Of a stretch of DNA of 64,000 bases, positions 50,367 to 59,173 are shown one piece after another. The position numbers and the translations under genes are program-made. A model generated the notes under the pieces. The model was not told the origin of the DNA and did no database searches. It worked only from the letters and a program-made list of their open reading frames with translations. The stretch's first letter is position 1; every line of letters begins with the position of its first letter. The DNA comes from an uncultured virus (IMG/VR IMGVR_UViG_3300044644_002613) (Duplodnaviria > Heunggongvirae > Uroviricota > Caudoviricetes). Where the stretch lies: IMG/VR virus record IMGVR_UViG_3300044644_002613; one strand, 5' to 3'.

Positions 50367-50870
50367 TTATTTAGAAGTTGGCTTAGAAGGCTTTTCTTCA
50401 GTTGGCTTAGAAGGCTTTTCTTCAGTTGGCTTAGTTGGATTAACACTTGGAATTTTATCCAACATTAATTTCTTGTTTGCATTTGTGCCTGAACTAGCAG
50501 GACAAGAAATATCTTCACATGCACGATGGTATCCGTCTTCGTAAGAAGCCAATCTTACATACTCAACTTGATCCATACCACGATAATAACCGCTATGCCA
50601 AATCGCAGAAATATCATTGCTTTCTGGCTTAATATTATTCACTACACTAATGATACCTTCGATCTTTCCTTGATTTTTAGCAAGCTCCATATTTTCATTT
50701 TTCACACTGTTGACATGACCATAAAGAATTTCATTAAATCCACTTTGTGTTAACAAATCTTTTTGCATCAACAAATCTTGAACGCTTTTCATGTTATCAA
50801 TTCTGTATATTTGATAACCATTTGTAAGAACAGAACATGCTAAAATAGCATAAACAACATAATTGCTCAT
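50367..50870 (-). CDS. Signal-anchored protein with PTEEKPSK repeats
   Basis: Hydrophobic N-terminus; 24-bp repeat x2 at the C-terminus. Confidence 0.65.
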   Translation of the reverse strand: MSNYVVYAILACSVLTNGYQIYRIDNMKSVQDLLMQKDLLTQSGFNEILYGHVNSVKNENMELAKNQGKIEGIISVVNNIKPESNDISAIWHSGYYRGMDQVEYVRLASYEDGYHRACEDISCPASSGTNANKKLMLDKIPSVNPTKPTEEKPSKPTEEKPSKPTSK

Positions 50871-51015
50871 AATAACTCCTTAACCATATTTGAACCCTAA
50901 ACAACAAGATATTAGACTAACAAATATCTTTGAAAAAATCAATAAGTAAAATTGAAATAATTTCAACTCATTTAAGCCTATATACAAACAGTCGTATTTT
51001 GCAAAAATTTATATT

Positions 51016-52011
51016 ATGGAGATGATTATGTCATTCAAGAGCTTTCAAGAATATTTAAACGATACTGGTAAAATGATCGAAAAACCAGCAGTCAAAATAG
51101 TTGCTGGATATGAAGGAGAAACCCCAACTTCCCCAGAAAAAACAAAAAAAGATCCAAATGCTGGTGGGGCTAAAGATTCTAAATCTACCAACAAGCCATA
51201 TAAAGCTGGTACTGATGCTAAAAATCCCAATAAAGCAGAAAAGGGATTTGCACATGAAGGAGATTCAGATCTTAAGTATGAGCCAACCACAAATGTAAAA
51301 AAGAGCAACTATGGTGGCGATGAAGTTAAATCTTGGCTTGATTCTTCAAGCGTAACAGAATGGCTCAATAAAACTCGCAATCTTTCTGGTGCAAAATTTG
51401 TAAGTCAGATGCGAAATGAAACAATTGGAACTTCAATCGGGCAAATCAAAGAAACAGTAACTTTGTGCGAAAATAATTCCAAAAATATTCAACAACTTAT
51501 TTTTGAATTAAAACGCCACAAATTATTAGGAAAATTTATTACAGAAGCTTGCAAACATGGAACTGGTATCAAGGCGATCATAGCAGAAATCAAGAAAAAT
51601 ACTCTTTTTCAAAAAGCAATTAATGAAATGAGCTATATGTCTTCAGACAATGAAGATGATATGTCGAATGATGAATACGAACCAGATATGTCAGATATGT
51701 CAAATGATGATAGTGACGAAGAAGAAAATGATATGTCAGATGAAGATGATATGTCAGATGAAGATGATATGTCAGATGAAGATGATATGTCAGATGAAGA
51801 TGAAGATATGTCAGATGAAGATGAAGATATGTCAGATGAAGATGAAGATATGTCAGACGAAGATGAAGATATGTCAGATGAAGATGAAGATATGTCAGAT
51901 GATTCTCACAAAGATGATGATTCTGCATTATCCGATCCTTTTGGCAAAGGCCATGCTTCTCACGCCCTTAGAAAAATGGGGCCACGACCAGAACCATCTG
52001 ATGAATTTTAA
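51016..52011 (+). CDS. Protein with an acidic DMSDED(E) repeat tail, candidate internal head/scaffold protein
   Basis: SFKSFQEYL N-terminus; acidic repeats; downstream terminator. Confidence 0.7.
   Translation: MEMIMSFKSFQEYLNDTGKMIEKPAVKIVAGYEGETPTSPEKTKKDPNAGGAKDSKSTNKPYKAGTDAKNPNKAEKGFAHEGDSDLKYEPTTNVKKSNYGGDEVKSWLDSSSVTEWLNKTRNLSGAKFVSQMRNETIGTSIGQIKETVTLCENNSKNIQQLIFELKRHKLLGKFITEACKHGTGIKAIIAEIKKNTLFQKAINEMSYMSSDNEDDMSNDEYEPDMSDMSNDDSDEEENDMSDEDDMSDEDDMSDEDDMSDEDEDMSDEDEDMSDEDEDMSDEDEDMSDEDEDMSDDSHKDDDSALSDPFGKGHASHALRKMGPRPEPSDEF
51730..51903 (+). repeat. Coding tandem repeat: three 18-bp units then five 21-bp units
   Basis: gatatgtcagatgaagat(gaa). Confidence 0.92.
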
Positions 52012-52015
52012 CCAA

Positions 52016-52043
52016 CAAAAACCTTCTACTAAGAAGGTTTTTG
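52016..52043 (+). terminator. Intrinsic terminator
   Basis: caaaaaccttct-acta-agaaggtttttg. Confidence 0.75.
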
Positions 52044-52092
52044 TATGTGAGGTCATCTGAGAAAATGCGAAAAAGATAAAATCTTAATATGC

Positions 52093-52746
52093 ATGCCAAC
52101 ATACCACTCCCCAATAGAATGGCTAGAAAGATCTACCATTTCTATAAAATCACAAACTTATACAAATTTTGATTGTTATGTTGTGAAAGATGGATGTTGT
52201 GAATCTTGCACAATAGACACAACAAATAAAACATGTATTGAATGTGAAAACTGTAAATTAACAAAAAAGTTTTTTAAAAAAATTGCAAAAAATGACAAAA
52301 GATTTAAATTCCATATTTTGCCAATTCATCTAAGTGGTGCTGGTTGGGGTCCTAGAAATTTTGCAATCATGAACACACATCATAATTATATAGCATATCT
52401 TGATGATGATAATTGGTACGAAAAAGATCATATAGAATCACTTTATAAAACAATTACTTCTGGTGATTATAACTTAGCCTACACTGGTACTAGATTACAT
52501 GATTCTAATAAAAATATTATAGGAGAAAGAATTCACAATTCTATTCCAAAAGCTGGATATATAGATACTTCTGAGATCATGCATACTAGATATCTAATAG
52601 ATAAACATGGCGGATGGCGTTATGTGAAAAAATGCAATGATTGGGATTTAATATCAAGATGGATTCCCGATGTGAAATGGAGTCACACCAACAAGGTAAC
52701 ACTTAATTTCTTTATAAGGGATGGATGCGGAATACACAGGAAATAA
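52093..52746 (+). CDS. Glycosyltransferase family 2 (true start uncertain)
   Basis: MPTYH, VVKDG, GPRNFAI, AYLDDDN, IDTSEIMH, NDWDL. Confidence 0.85.
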   Translation: MPTYHSPIEWLERSTISIKSQTYTNFDCYVVKDGCCESCTIDTTNKTCIECENCKLTKKFFKKIAKNDKRFKFHILPIHLSGAGWGPRNFAIMNTHHNYIAYLDDDNWYEKDHIESLYKTITSGDYNLAYTGTRLHDSNKNIIGERIHNSIPKAGYIDTSEIMHTRYLIDKHGGWRYVKKCNDWDLISRWIPDVKWSHTNKVTLNFFIRDGCGIHRK

Positions 52747-54005
52747 AACAGTTCGTCCAGAAGTGGAAAAACTTCACCGATTCCTCCACGCAAATTCCCT
52801 ACGAATACAAGCCAATATGCAAAGATTTACTTTTGCACGATGAAGAAATCGTTGTCGAAACAATAGACATACTGAAAAGAAACATATCATCTTGGGCAGA
52901 AAAAAATTCCGAAGCTTACGCAAACAAAAAAGACCTTACTTTTTTAGGTAAAAATGATCTCACAGACAAAGACAAGTGGTATGTAAAATCCTTAGAAAAT
53001 GAATCCATGCCAATGAAAAGTAGCGGAAGCACCACTGGTGAGGGATTCGAATACTTGCGATGGGAACCTTTCCTTTATTTCATCGAAGGAGAAAACCACT
53101 ATGATCTGATTCTGGATGAATATGAAATACCACAGAATCCAGACATCATGTACTTCTTTAATTCTTCGTTCGGAAGTGGCTCAAGACACATAAACAATAC
53201 ATCGAAAAGCAAAAACTTTATGGAACATCACGGAACAAAAAGAACCGCAATGGTTCATTATGCAAACACGAAACTACAAAAAGAAAAAGAAGAAGTGTTT
53301 CGGAAATACCTATTCAGATATTTAAATTTAAAAAAAATGGATGTAATTTTTGCCCCAGGCCCACAAATAAAAAAAATATGCTCTTATATAAAAAAGGAAA
53401 ACTATAAAGGTAAACTGTGCAACTTGTTGAGCAATAGCAATGAAAAAATTCTGGATGAAGATGCTAAATTCCTTCTCGAAAAAAATTATGTGTCACATAT
53501 ATGCGACCACATGAGGTGTTGGGATGGAGGAGCTTCCTTCTTCACATGTAGAGATAAGAACTATCACTTAATGGATAACCTTTCTTGGTGTGTCGAAAAT
53601 GAGGAAAGGCTCATATCAACCGATTACTTCTCCTTGGCTTGTCCTTTTGTCAAATTCTGGAATGGCGACAGGTGCAAGATAGGCGATAAATATCAGAGAT
53701 GTTCGTGCGGAAGGTTGTACAGAGATTTTAAATTCTTGGAGAATCGACCATTTGCCATAAAAGGGCATTCGATCAACGAGTACAAAAAGAAGCTCACGGA
53801 AACTGGTCTTACAGAGATAAAACAAGTGAATTGCGGAATCGACTTCATAGAAATCGTGTCGAACAAAGAAATAGATCCTATCAAAAAAAATGAAGTTGCC
53901 GAAATATTTAAGTCTCACAAATTGAAATTCAAAGTTGTTCCAGACCAATTGGCATCGCAAAAAATTCATAACAGAACTCCATCTGAAAAGGTGGAAACAA
54001 AATGA
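52725..54005 (+). CDS. PaaK/CapK-like adenylate-forming (ANL) ligase
   Basis: P-loop KSSGSTTGE, ISTDYF, FWNGD, RCSCGR. Confidence 0.7.
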   Translation: MRNTQEIKQFVQKWKNFTDSSTQIPYEYKPICKDLLLHDEEIVVETIDILKRNISSWAEKNSEAYANKKDLTFLGKNDLTDKDKWYVKSLENESMPMKSSGSTTGEGFEYLRWEPFLYFIEGENHYDLILDEYEIPQNPDIMYFFNSSFGSGSRHINNTSKSKNFMEHHGTKRTAMVHYANTKLQKEKEEVFRKYLFRYLNLKKMDVIFAPGPQIKKICSYIKKENYKGKLCNLLSNSNEKILDEDAKFLLEKNYVSHICDHMRCWDGGASFFTCRDKNYHLMDNLSWCVENEERLISTDYFSLACPFVKFWNGDRCKIGDKYQRCSCGRLYRDFKFLENRPFAIKGHSINEYKKKLTETGLTEIKQVNCGIDFIEIVSNKEIDPIKKNEVAEIFKSHKLKFKVVPDQLASQKIHNRTPSEKVETK

Positions 54006-57000
54006 TAGATCCAAAACTGGTGAAAAAATGGGATATAGTTTTCGCTCTACAAGAAAAGGGATGTGGGTATTTCGCAACATATGAAGCAGTAGTCATTGTG
54101 CCACGACCTTGTACCGGAGGGTCAAGTGCTTATTGGACTCTTGCTTCTCCTTGCCCAGATGGTTGCACATCTTCTCCTCCTCCTCAATTGCCAACAAATC
54201 CTCCATGCGATCCTAATTACCCTGACAATGGAACGGAAAATGACATAATCGGGTGCTGCGAAGGTATAGTTTCAGTCGAATGCTCCGGCACTTGCTGTAA
54301 ATGCGGTGGTGTAGAGTGTTTGACAACGGAGACATGCTGTGACGATGTTTGTGTGAACTTACAAACAGATCGTGACCACTGTAATTCTTGTACCACCCCT
54401 TGCAATCCAGATCAAGACTGCTGTGATGGCGAATGCAAAAACATATACGAAGACAGCAATAATTGTAATGGTTGCGGAAATGTTTGCCCTGAAGCTACAC
54501 CAACTTGCTGCAATGGTGATTGCTGCACGACAGCGAATTGTTGTTTCGTTGATGACATCCTTACTTGTATTGATGTAACAAACAATCATGATCATTGCGG
54601 AAGATGCGACAATCCTTGTGCAGCCGAAGAAACATGCTGTTCTGGTGAATGCGTCAACACACAGACAGATAATGAGCATTGCGGATCATGTCCGAATGCT
54701 TGTCCTGTCGCATTCACATGCTGTTCTGGTGTATGCAAAGAATTATTTGGGGATGATCGTTTAAATTGTGGCGATTGTGGCAAAACTTGCGTTGTAGGAG
54801 AAATATGCAAAAACGGTGTTTGCAAAGACGCTTGTGCTGCGAACGACTGCGAGTTTACTTGGGTTGATCCTCCGGGTTGTTGTAGCCGTTATGTCTGTTC
54901 GACTGAAAATGAGTATGCGTTTTCTTCTTCATACACTTCAATTACAGATTGCTCTGTCGATAGCCCTCCAAATATACCTTGCGATGGAAGCCCAGAATCT
55001 ACAGGTTATTTTTACCTTACATGGAGTCCAGAGCCGTGTTGTACTGGATCTTGTCAATCTTTTTGTCTAGAACCAACTTGCACTTGGTCAGGTCCAGAAA
55101 ACTCTACTTGTGGAGAGGGTTGTGCTTGCCAATCATTTGAAGGTCAACCTTGTGCATGTGGAACACTCAGAGACGATCCATGTATAAGAACAGTAGTACC
55201 TCCCGGACAATGGAATGCAACTGCGACATGTCCACAAGGATGCAACTGCCCCGGGAACGCCCCAATACAAAATGGAACAAATGGTCAAGTAGTCAGTTAC
55301 GAATGCGTCAATTGCCTTGCTCCATGTGAAGCAGGAGAAAAATGCTGTTTCGGCACATGTAAAAACATACTGACAGATCCTCTTAATTGCGGAGATTGTG
55401 GAAACAATTGTGGCGATCAGATTTTGGGAAACAAATGCTGTAATGGGAAATGCGTAAACATACTTACAGGGGATTTAAACTGCGGAGATTGCACAACTGT
55501 ATGTCCATTTCCAGAAGTATGCTGCAATGGCGTATGCAAAAATCGTAACACTGACAATTACAACTGCGGATCTTGCGGTTACGAGTGCCAGACTGGAATT
55601 GGGGAAACCTGCTGCAATGGGATTTGCGTAAACGAAAATACCGACAGAAACAACTGTGGCTCCTGCGGATTTACATGTCCCAACGCAGATCAGTGCATTG
55701 ATGGAAACTGCGTTCCATGCGTTCCTCCATGTCTAGAAGCTGGTACGGCTTGCTGCAACAATCAGTGCATCGACATATTGTCTGACGAGAGCAACTGCGG
55801 TGGTTGCAATATACCTTGTGCTGGCAAGTGCTGCGGTGGCATTTGCGTATTAGATTTGAACACCATGTTTAACTGTGGTGATTGCGGAATAGAGTGTCCG
55901 CAATTGATCAACCAAATCAATCTGTGGCAGTGCTGTAACGGTCAATGCAAGAACCTAAAAACTGATCCAGAAAACTGCGGATTTTGCGGAAATGTATGTC
56001 AAGAACCTCCGGGTGACACATTTACAGTTCCAAAATGTTTCTTGGGAAACTGTGCGGAACCAGAATGCGATTGTCAAGGATATGAAGCTGGAATGCCACC
56101 ACAACCTGGGCCAGACGATGTGGCTTTCGTGGCTTCATGCGTTGGAAACACGGTAAGTTGTGATGGATCTTGTTATTTCAATGCTGTAGGCGGAGGATGG
56201 GTTCTGTATGAAGAGCCGGGCGGAACTGGATTTTCTGGTACCTGCGGAAAAGAACCAGATTACACATATTGCGTTGATGACAAATATGCATGTGTGGATG
56301 ACAAATATGTTTGTGTCGGAGATATATATTATTGTGTAAAAAACATAGAAGGACAAGATATGCCAACTTATTGTATACCTGCTGCATCGTTTAACGCTGA
56401 AACACAAGCACTAATCGGATCTTACATCGGAGCAGAAAACTGTGCCGCTGGTTGTAGCGGTGATGGAAGCGAGTGCGATCCTGCTTGTGGCAATGGATTA
56501 ACCTGTTGTGATACACAATGCGTAGACACGCAAACTGACAGTGCCAATTGCGGTGGTTGTGGTGGCGGTCCTTGTGCTGCTGGCGAGGCTTGCAAAGATG
56601 GAGTTTGCACAGGATGTACGCCTCCATGTGCCGATGGTGAATCGTGCTGCGAAGGTGGAACGACATGCTGCGAAACTTGCTGTGCTGACGCATGTTGTCC
56701 AACTGGTCAATCATGTGTTGATGGAGTGTGTGCCACATGCGAACCACCTTGTACTGCTGGACAAACCTGCTGTGGAGGATCATGTTGTGATGCTGGAATA
56801 ATATGCTGTGACCAAACATGTTGTGCTGAAGGTGAGTTCTGCGAAAACGGAAGTTGTGCAACATGCAACCCAGTGTGCTATCCAGACGAGACATGCTGCG
56901 ATGCAACATGCGTTAGGTGGCAATGTGGAGAATGCCCAAATGCATGTGCTTCTGCTGAAATAGTTTGTTGCGGTTTGCCGGGTCAAGAAGTATGTTGTCC

Positions 57001-58366
57001 TGAAGGTCAAACTTGTGTTGAGAATGCGTGTTACGGATGTACACCTCCTTGTTCCGAAAGTCAGGATTGTTGCGATGAGGTATGCACAGAAGTTGGAACA
57101 GACACAAATTGTTCGGGTTGTGGTGACGCTTGTGGAGAAGGAACAAAATGCTGCGATAAAGTGTGTACTGCTACTGGAACTGACACAAACTGTTCGGATT
57201 GTGGCGATGCTTGTGCCGAAGGTCAGAGTTGTTGTGATGATGTATGCACAGAAATTGGAACCGACACAAATTGTTCGGGTTGTGGTGATGCTTGCACAGA
57301 CGGAAAATGTTGTGAGGGAGTGTGCAAAGAAACACAAACCGACAATGAAAATTGTGGCGATTGCGAAAATGTATGTAATACAGCAGAAGGTGAAAAATGT
57401 GTTGCTGGAGTATGTGTTACTTGTGATCCACCTTGTACTGGACTTGATGTATGTTGTGATTTAACATGCTGCAAAGTTTGTTGCGGTCCAGAAGGTAGTA
57501 AGACATGCTGTGCTGAAGGAAAAATCTGTTTAAATGGTCAGTGTAGCGGTTGTGAACCAGAATGTACAGAACCTGGACAAACTTGTTGCACCAATCCTAA
57601 TCAGCCTAATCCTACAGAGGAGGAACCAAGTCCACCAATAGGACAATGTTGCCCTGCTGGAGTTCTTTGTTGTGCTGGTGGATGCTGCCCTAATGAAAAT
57701 TTTTACTGTTGTGATAACAAAGTATGTTGCTTCAATGATCGTGCTTGTTGCAATGGAGTTTGCTGTGCTGAAGGTAAATTCTGCAATAATGGCGTGTGTG
57801 CTGATTGTAATCCAACATGCTACTCTGATGAAAAATGTTGTCCTGGAACTACTGGTAGCGGGGAATGTATTAGGTGGCAATGTGGCGATTGCCCAAATGC
57901 ATGTACACGATTCCAAACATGCACCAATAATGTTTGTTGCGATGCAGTAACGGAGGGTCCACTATCAGGGCAAACTGGTGTAGGTTGCGGAACTGTTTGT
58001 TGCGACCCCGGTATCACATGTTGCCGAGACATTTGTTGTTTAGACCCTGACGAAGAATGTTGCGATGGCTTTTGCGTAAATACCAATTCTATCGACAATA
58101 ATAATTGCGGAGGTTGTGGCCAGCCATGTGTCGCTCCAGCAACTTGTTGTAATGGTTCGTGTAGAACAGTTTTTGCAGACACTTCTAGTTGCGGAAGTTG
58201 CGGGAATACATGTTCACTTGGAATGCTTTGCTGCCCTGATAACGGTGGCTGCGTTTACCCATCGTATTTAAATTGTGGTAGTTGCGGAAATGAATGTGAA
58301 GTAGGACAATCATGTTGCCCAGATGAACAAGGCGGTCACACATGCTTGGCTCAAGGTTCATGTTAA
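54002..58366 (+). CDS. Giant Cys-rich repeat protein (Stig1-like CCxGxCVxxxTDxxNCGxCGxxC repeats)
   Basis: 1454 aa with many Cys-rich units; ATGA overlap with the ligase gene. Confidence 0.85.
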   Translation: MIDPKLVKKWDIVFALQEKGCGYFATYEAVVIVPRPCTGGSSAYWTLASPCPDGCTSSPPPQLPTNPPCDPNYPDNGTENDIIGCCEGIVSVECSGTCCKCGGVECLTTETCCDDVCVNLQTDRDHCNSCTTPCNPDQDCCDGECKNIYEDSNNCNGCGNVCPEATPTCCNGDCCTTANCCFVDDILTCIDVTNNHDHCGRCDNPCAAEETCCSGECVNTQTDNEHCGSCPNACPVAFTCCSGVCKELFGDDRLNCGDCGKTCVVGEICKNGVCKDACAANDCEFTWVDPPGCCSRYVCSTENEYAFSSSYTSITDCSVDSPPNIPCDGSPESTGYFYLTWSPEPCCTGSCQSFCLEPTCTWSGPENSTCGEGCACQSFEGQPCACGTLRDDPCIRTVVPPGQWNATATCPQGCNCPGNAPIQNGTNGQVVSYECVNCLAPCEAGEKCCFGTCKNILTDPLNCGDCGNNCGDQILGNKCCNGKCVNILTGDLNCGDCTTVCPFPEVCCNGVCKNRNTDNYNCGSCGYECQTGIGETCCNGICVNENTDRNNCGSCGFTCPNADQCIDGNCVPCVPPCLEAGTACCNNQCIDILSDESNCGGCNIPCAGKCCGGICVLDLNTMFNCGDCGIECPQLINQINLWQCCNGQCKNLKTDPENCGFCGNVCQEPPGDTFTVPKCFLGNCAEPECDCQGYEAGMPPQPGPDDVAFVASCVGNTVSCDGSCYFNAVGGGWVLYEEPGGTGFSGTCGKEPDYTYCVDDKYACVDDKYVCVGDIYYCVKNIEGQDMPTYCIPAASFNAETQALIGSYIGAENCAAGCSGDGSECDPACGNGLTCCDTQCVDTQTDSANCGGCGGGPCAAGEACKDGVCTGCTPPCADGESCCEGGTTCCETCCADACCPTGQSCVDGVCATCEPPCTAGQTCCGGSCCDAGIICCDQTCCAEGEFCENGSCATCNPVCYPDETCCDATCVRWQCGECPNACASAEIVCCGLPGQEVCCPEGQTCVENACYGCTPPCSESQDCCDEVCTEVGTDTNCSGCGDACGEGTKCCDKVCTATGTDTNCSDCGDACAEGQSCCDDVCTEIGTDTNCSGCGDACTDGKCCEGVCKETQTDNENCGDCENVCNTAEGEKCVAGVCVTCDPPCTGLDVCCDLTCCKVCCGPEGSKTCCAEGKICLNGQCSGCEPECTEPGQTCCTNPNQPNPTEEEPSPPIGQCCPAGVLCCAGGCCPNENFYCCDNKVCCFNDRACCNGVCCAEGKFCNNGVCADCNPTCYSDEKCCPGTTGSGECIRWQCGDCPNACTRFQTCTNNVCCDAVTEGPLSGQTGVGCGTVCCDPGITCCRDICCLDPDEECCDGFCVNTNSIDNNNCGGCGQPCVAPATCCNGSCRTVFADTSSCGSCGNTCSLGMLCCPDNGGCVYPSYLNCGSCGNECEVGQSCCPDEQGGHTCLAQGSC
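57068..57307 (+). repeat. 81-bp coding tandem repeat x3
   Basis: CCDxVCTxxGTDTNCSxCGDAC units starting at 57068, 57149 and 57230. Confidence 0.85.
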
Positions 58367-58399
58367 AAAAACAGGCTTGATTTTCAAGCCTGTTTTTTT
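58365..58399. terminator. Bidirectional intrinsic terminator
   Basis: aaaaaaacaggcttga-tttt-caagcctgttttttt between convergent genes. Confidence 0.85.
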
Positions 58400-58418
58400 C
58401 TTTAATTTAGAATTTTTT

Positions 58419-58721
58419 CTATTCTTTGTAGGCTACCCATCGGTTACGAACAAATAAAAGATTTGCAAAAAAACCGCAAAAGGCAGAAATGAGATTTTCC
58501 GCAAACGGAACATATAGTTCGCCTACCGGATTAAGCACGAATGAAATTCCCAATGAAAACCAAAAACTGCTGCATTCATGACAAAGCATTGGAACATTGA
58601 CATATGGTATCTTGGCTACCAAGTTTCTAAATGGTCTTGCAACATCGGTGTCGGACCAAGCATAAGCGACACCAAGACATGTGACTAAATAAATCAAAAA
58701 TATCATAGGAAATAGACCCAC
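58419..58721 (-). CDS. Small membrane protein (DUF1360-like CxxCxxxW)
   Basis: PFRNLV...LCHECSSFW with transmembrane helices. Confidence 0.6.
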   Translation of the reverse strand: MGLFPMIFLIYLVTCLGVAYAWSDTDVARPFRNLVAKIPYVNVPMLCHECSSFWFSLGISFVLNPVGELYVPFAENLISAFCGFFANLLFVRNRWVAYKE

Positions 58722-59122
58722 ATATAATCAAATTCTCGAACAACGGAGAAACTTCTAAATGTTTTTCCAGTAATAGTCTTGTTGAAATTAGCCCAAGCCT
58801 CATCACCAAGCTGAACCTTGAAGACTTTGCCTACAATTGAATTATTGACTCTTTTTAGCTTAATAGCTTCGAGTTCCTTGACTATCGCAGCCTTGTCCTT
58901 GTAATACTTTTCCAAGATATTTGGATCAGCAGTTACTTTATCGGAAAAGAACTTGCCAACCTTGCCCCTGCATGAACAGTTTGGGTTGGTCTTTAATGTT
59001 GTTAGGTCGGCAAGAATATCTGGGAATTCCGCCTTTAATTCAGCGAATAAAGTTTCATCCTTGATGATCATATAAATAAGATCTGGCATCGTACCTAGAT
59101 CTACAGTGATTGTAGTTTCCAT
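58703..59122 (-). CDS. Hypothetical protein with an NPNCSC motif
   Basis: 139-aa ORF. Confidence 0.65.
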   Translation of the reverse strand: METTITVDLGTMPDLIYMIIKDETLFAELKAEFPDILADLTTLKTNPNCSCRGKVGKFFSDKVTADPNILEKYYKDKAAIVKELEAIKLKRVNNSIVGKVFKVQLGDEAWANFNKTITGKTFRSFSVVREFDYMWVYFL

Positions 59123-59173
59123 AAAATTAATATAGTTTTATATTTTTATTTTTTTGATTTTTAAAAATATTTT

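Noticed and set aside
51730..51903. Short regular repeats resembling a CRISPR array
   Set aside because: There are no unique spacers, the units are multiples of 3 and encode an acidic tract in frame, and no cas genes are present.
51620..52060. His/Leu-rich and Met/Lys-rich ORFs
   Set aside because: They are alternative-frame readings of the DMSDEDE repeat.
54217..58182. Many alternative-frame and antisense ORFs over the Cys-rich gene
   Set aside because: They are shadows of repetitive, stop-poor codon usage, with no RBS or recognisable motifs.
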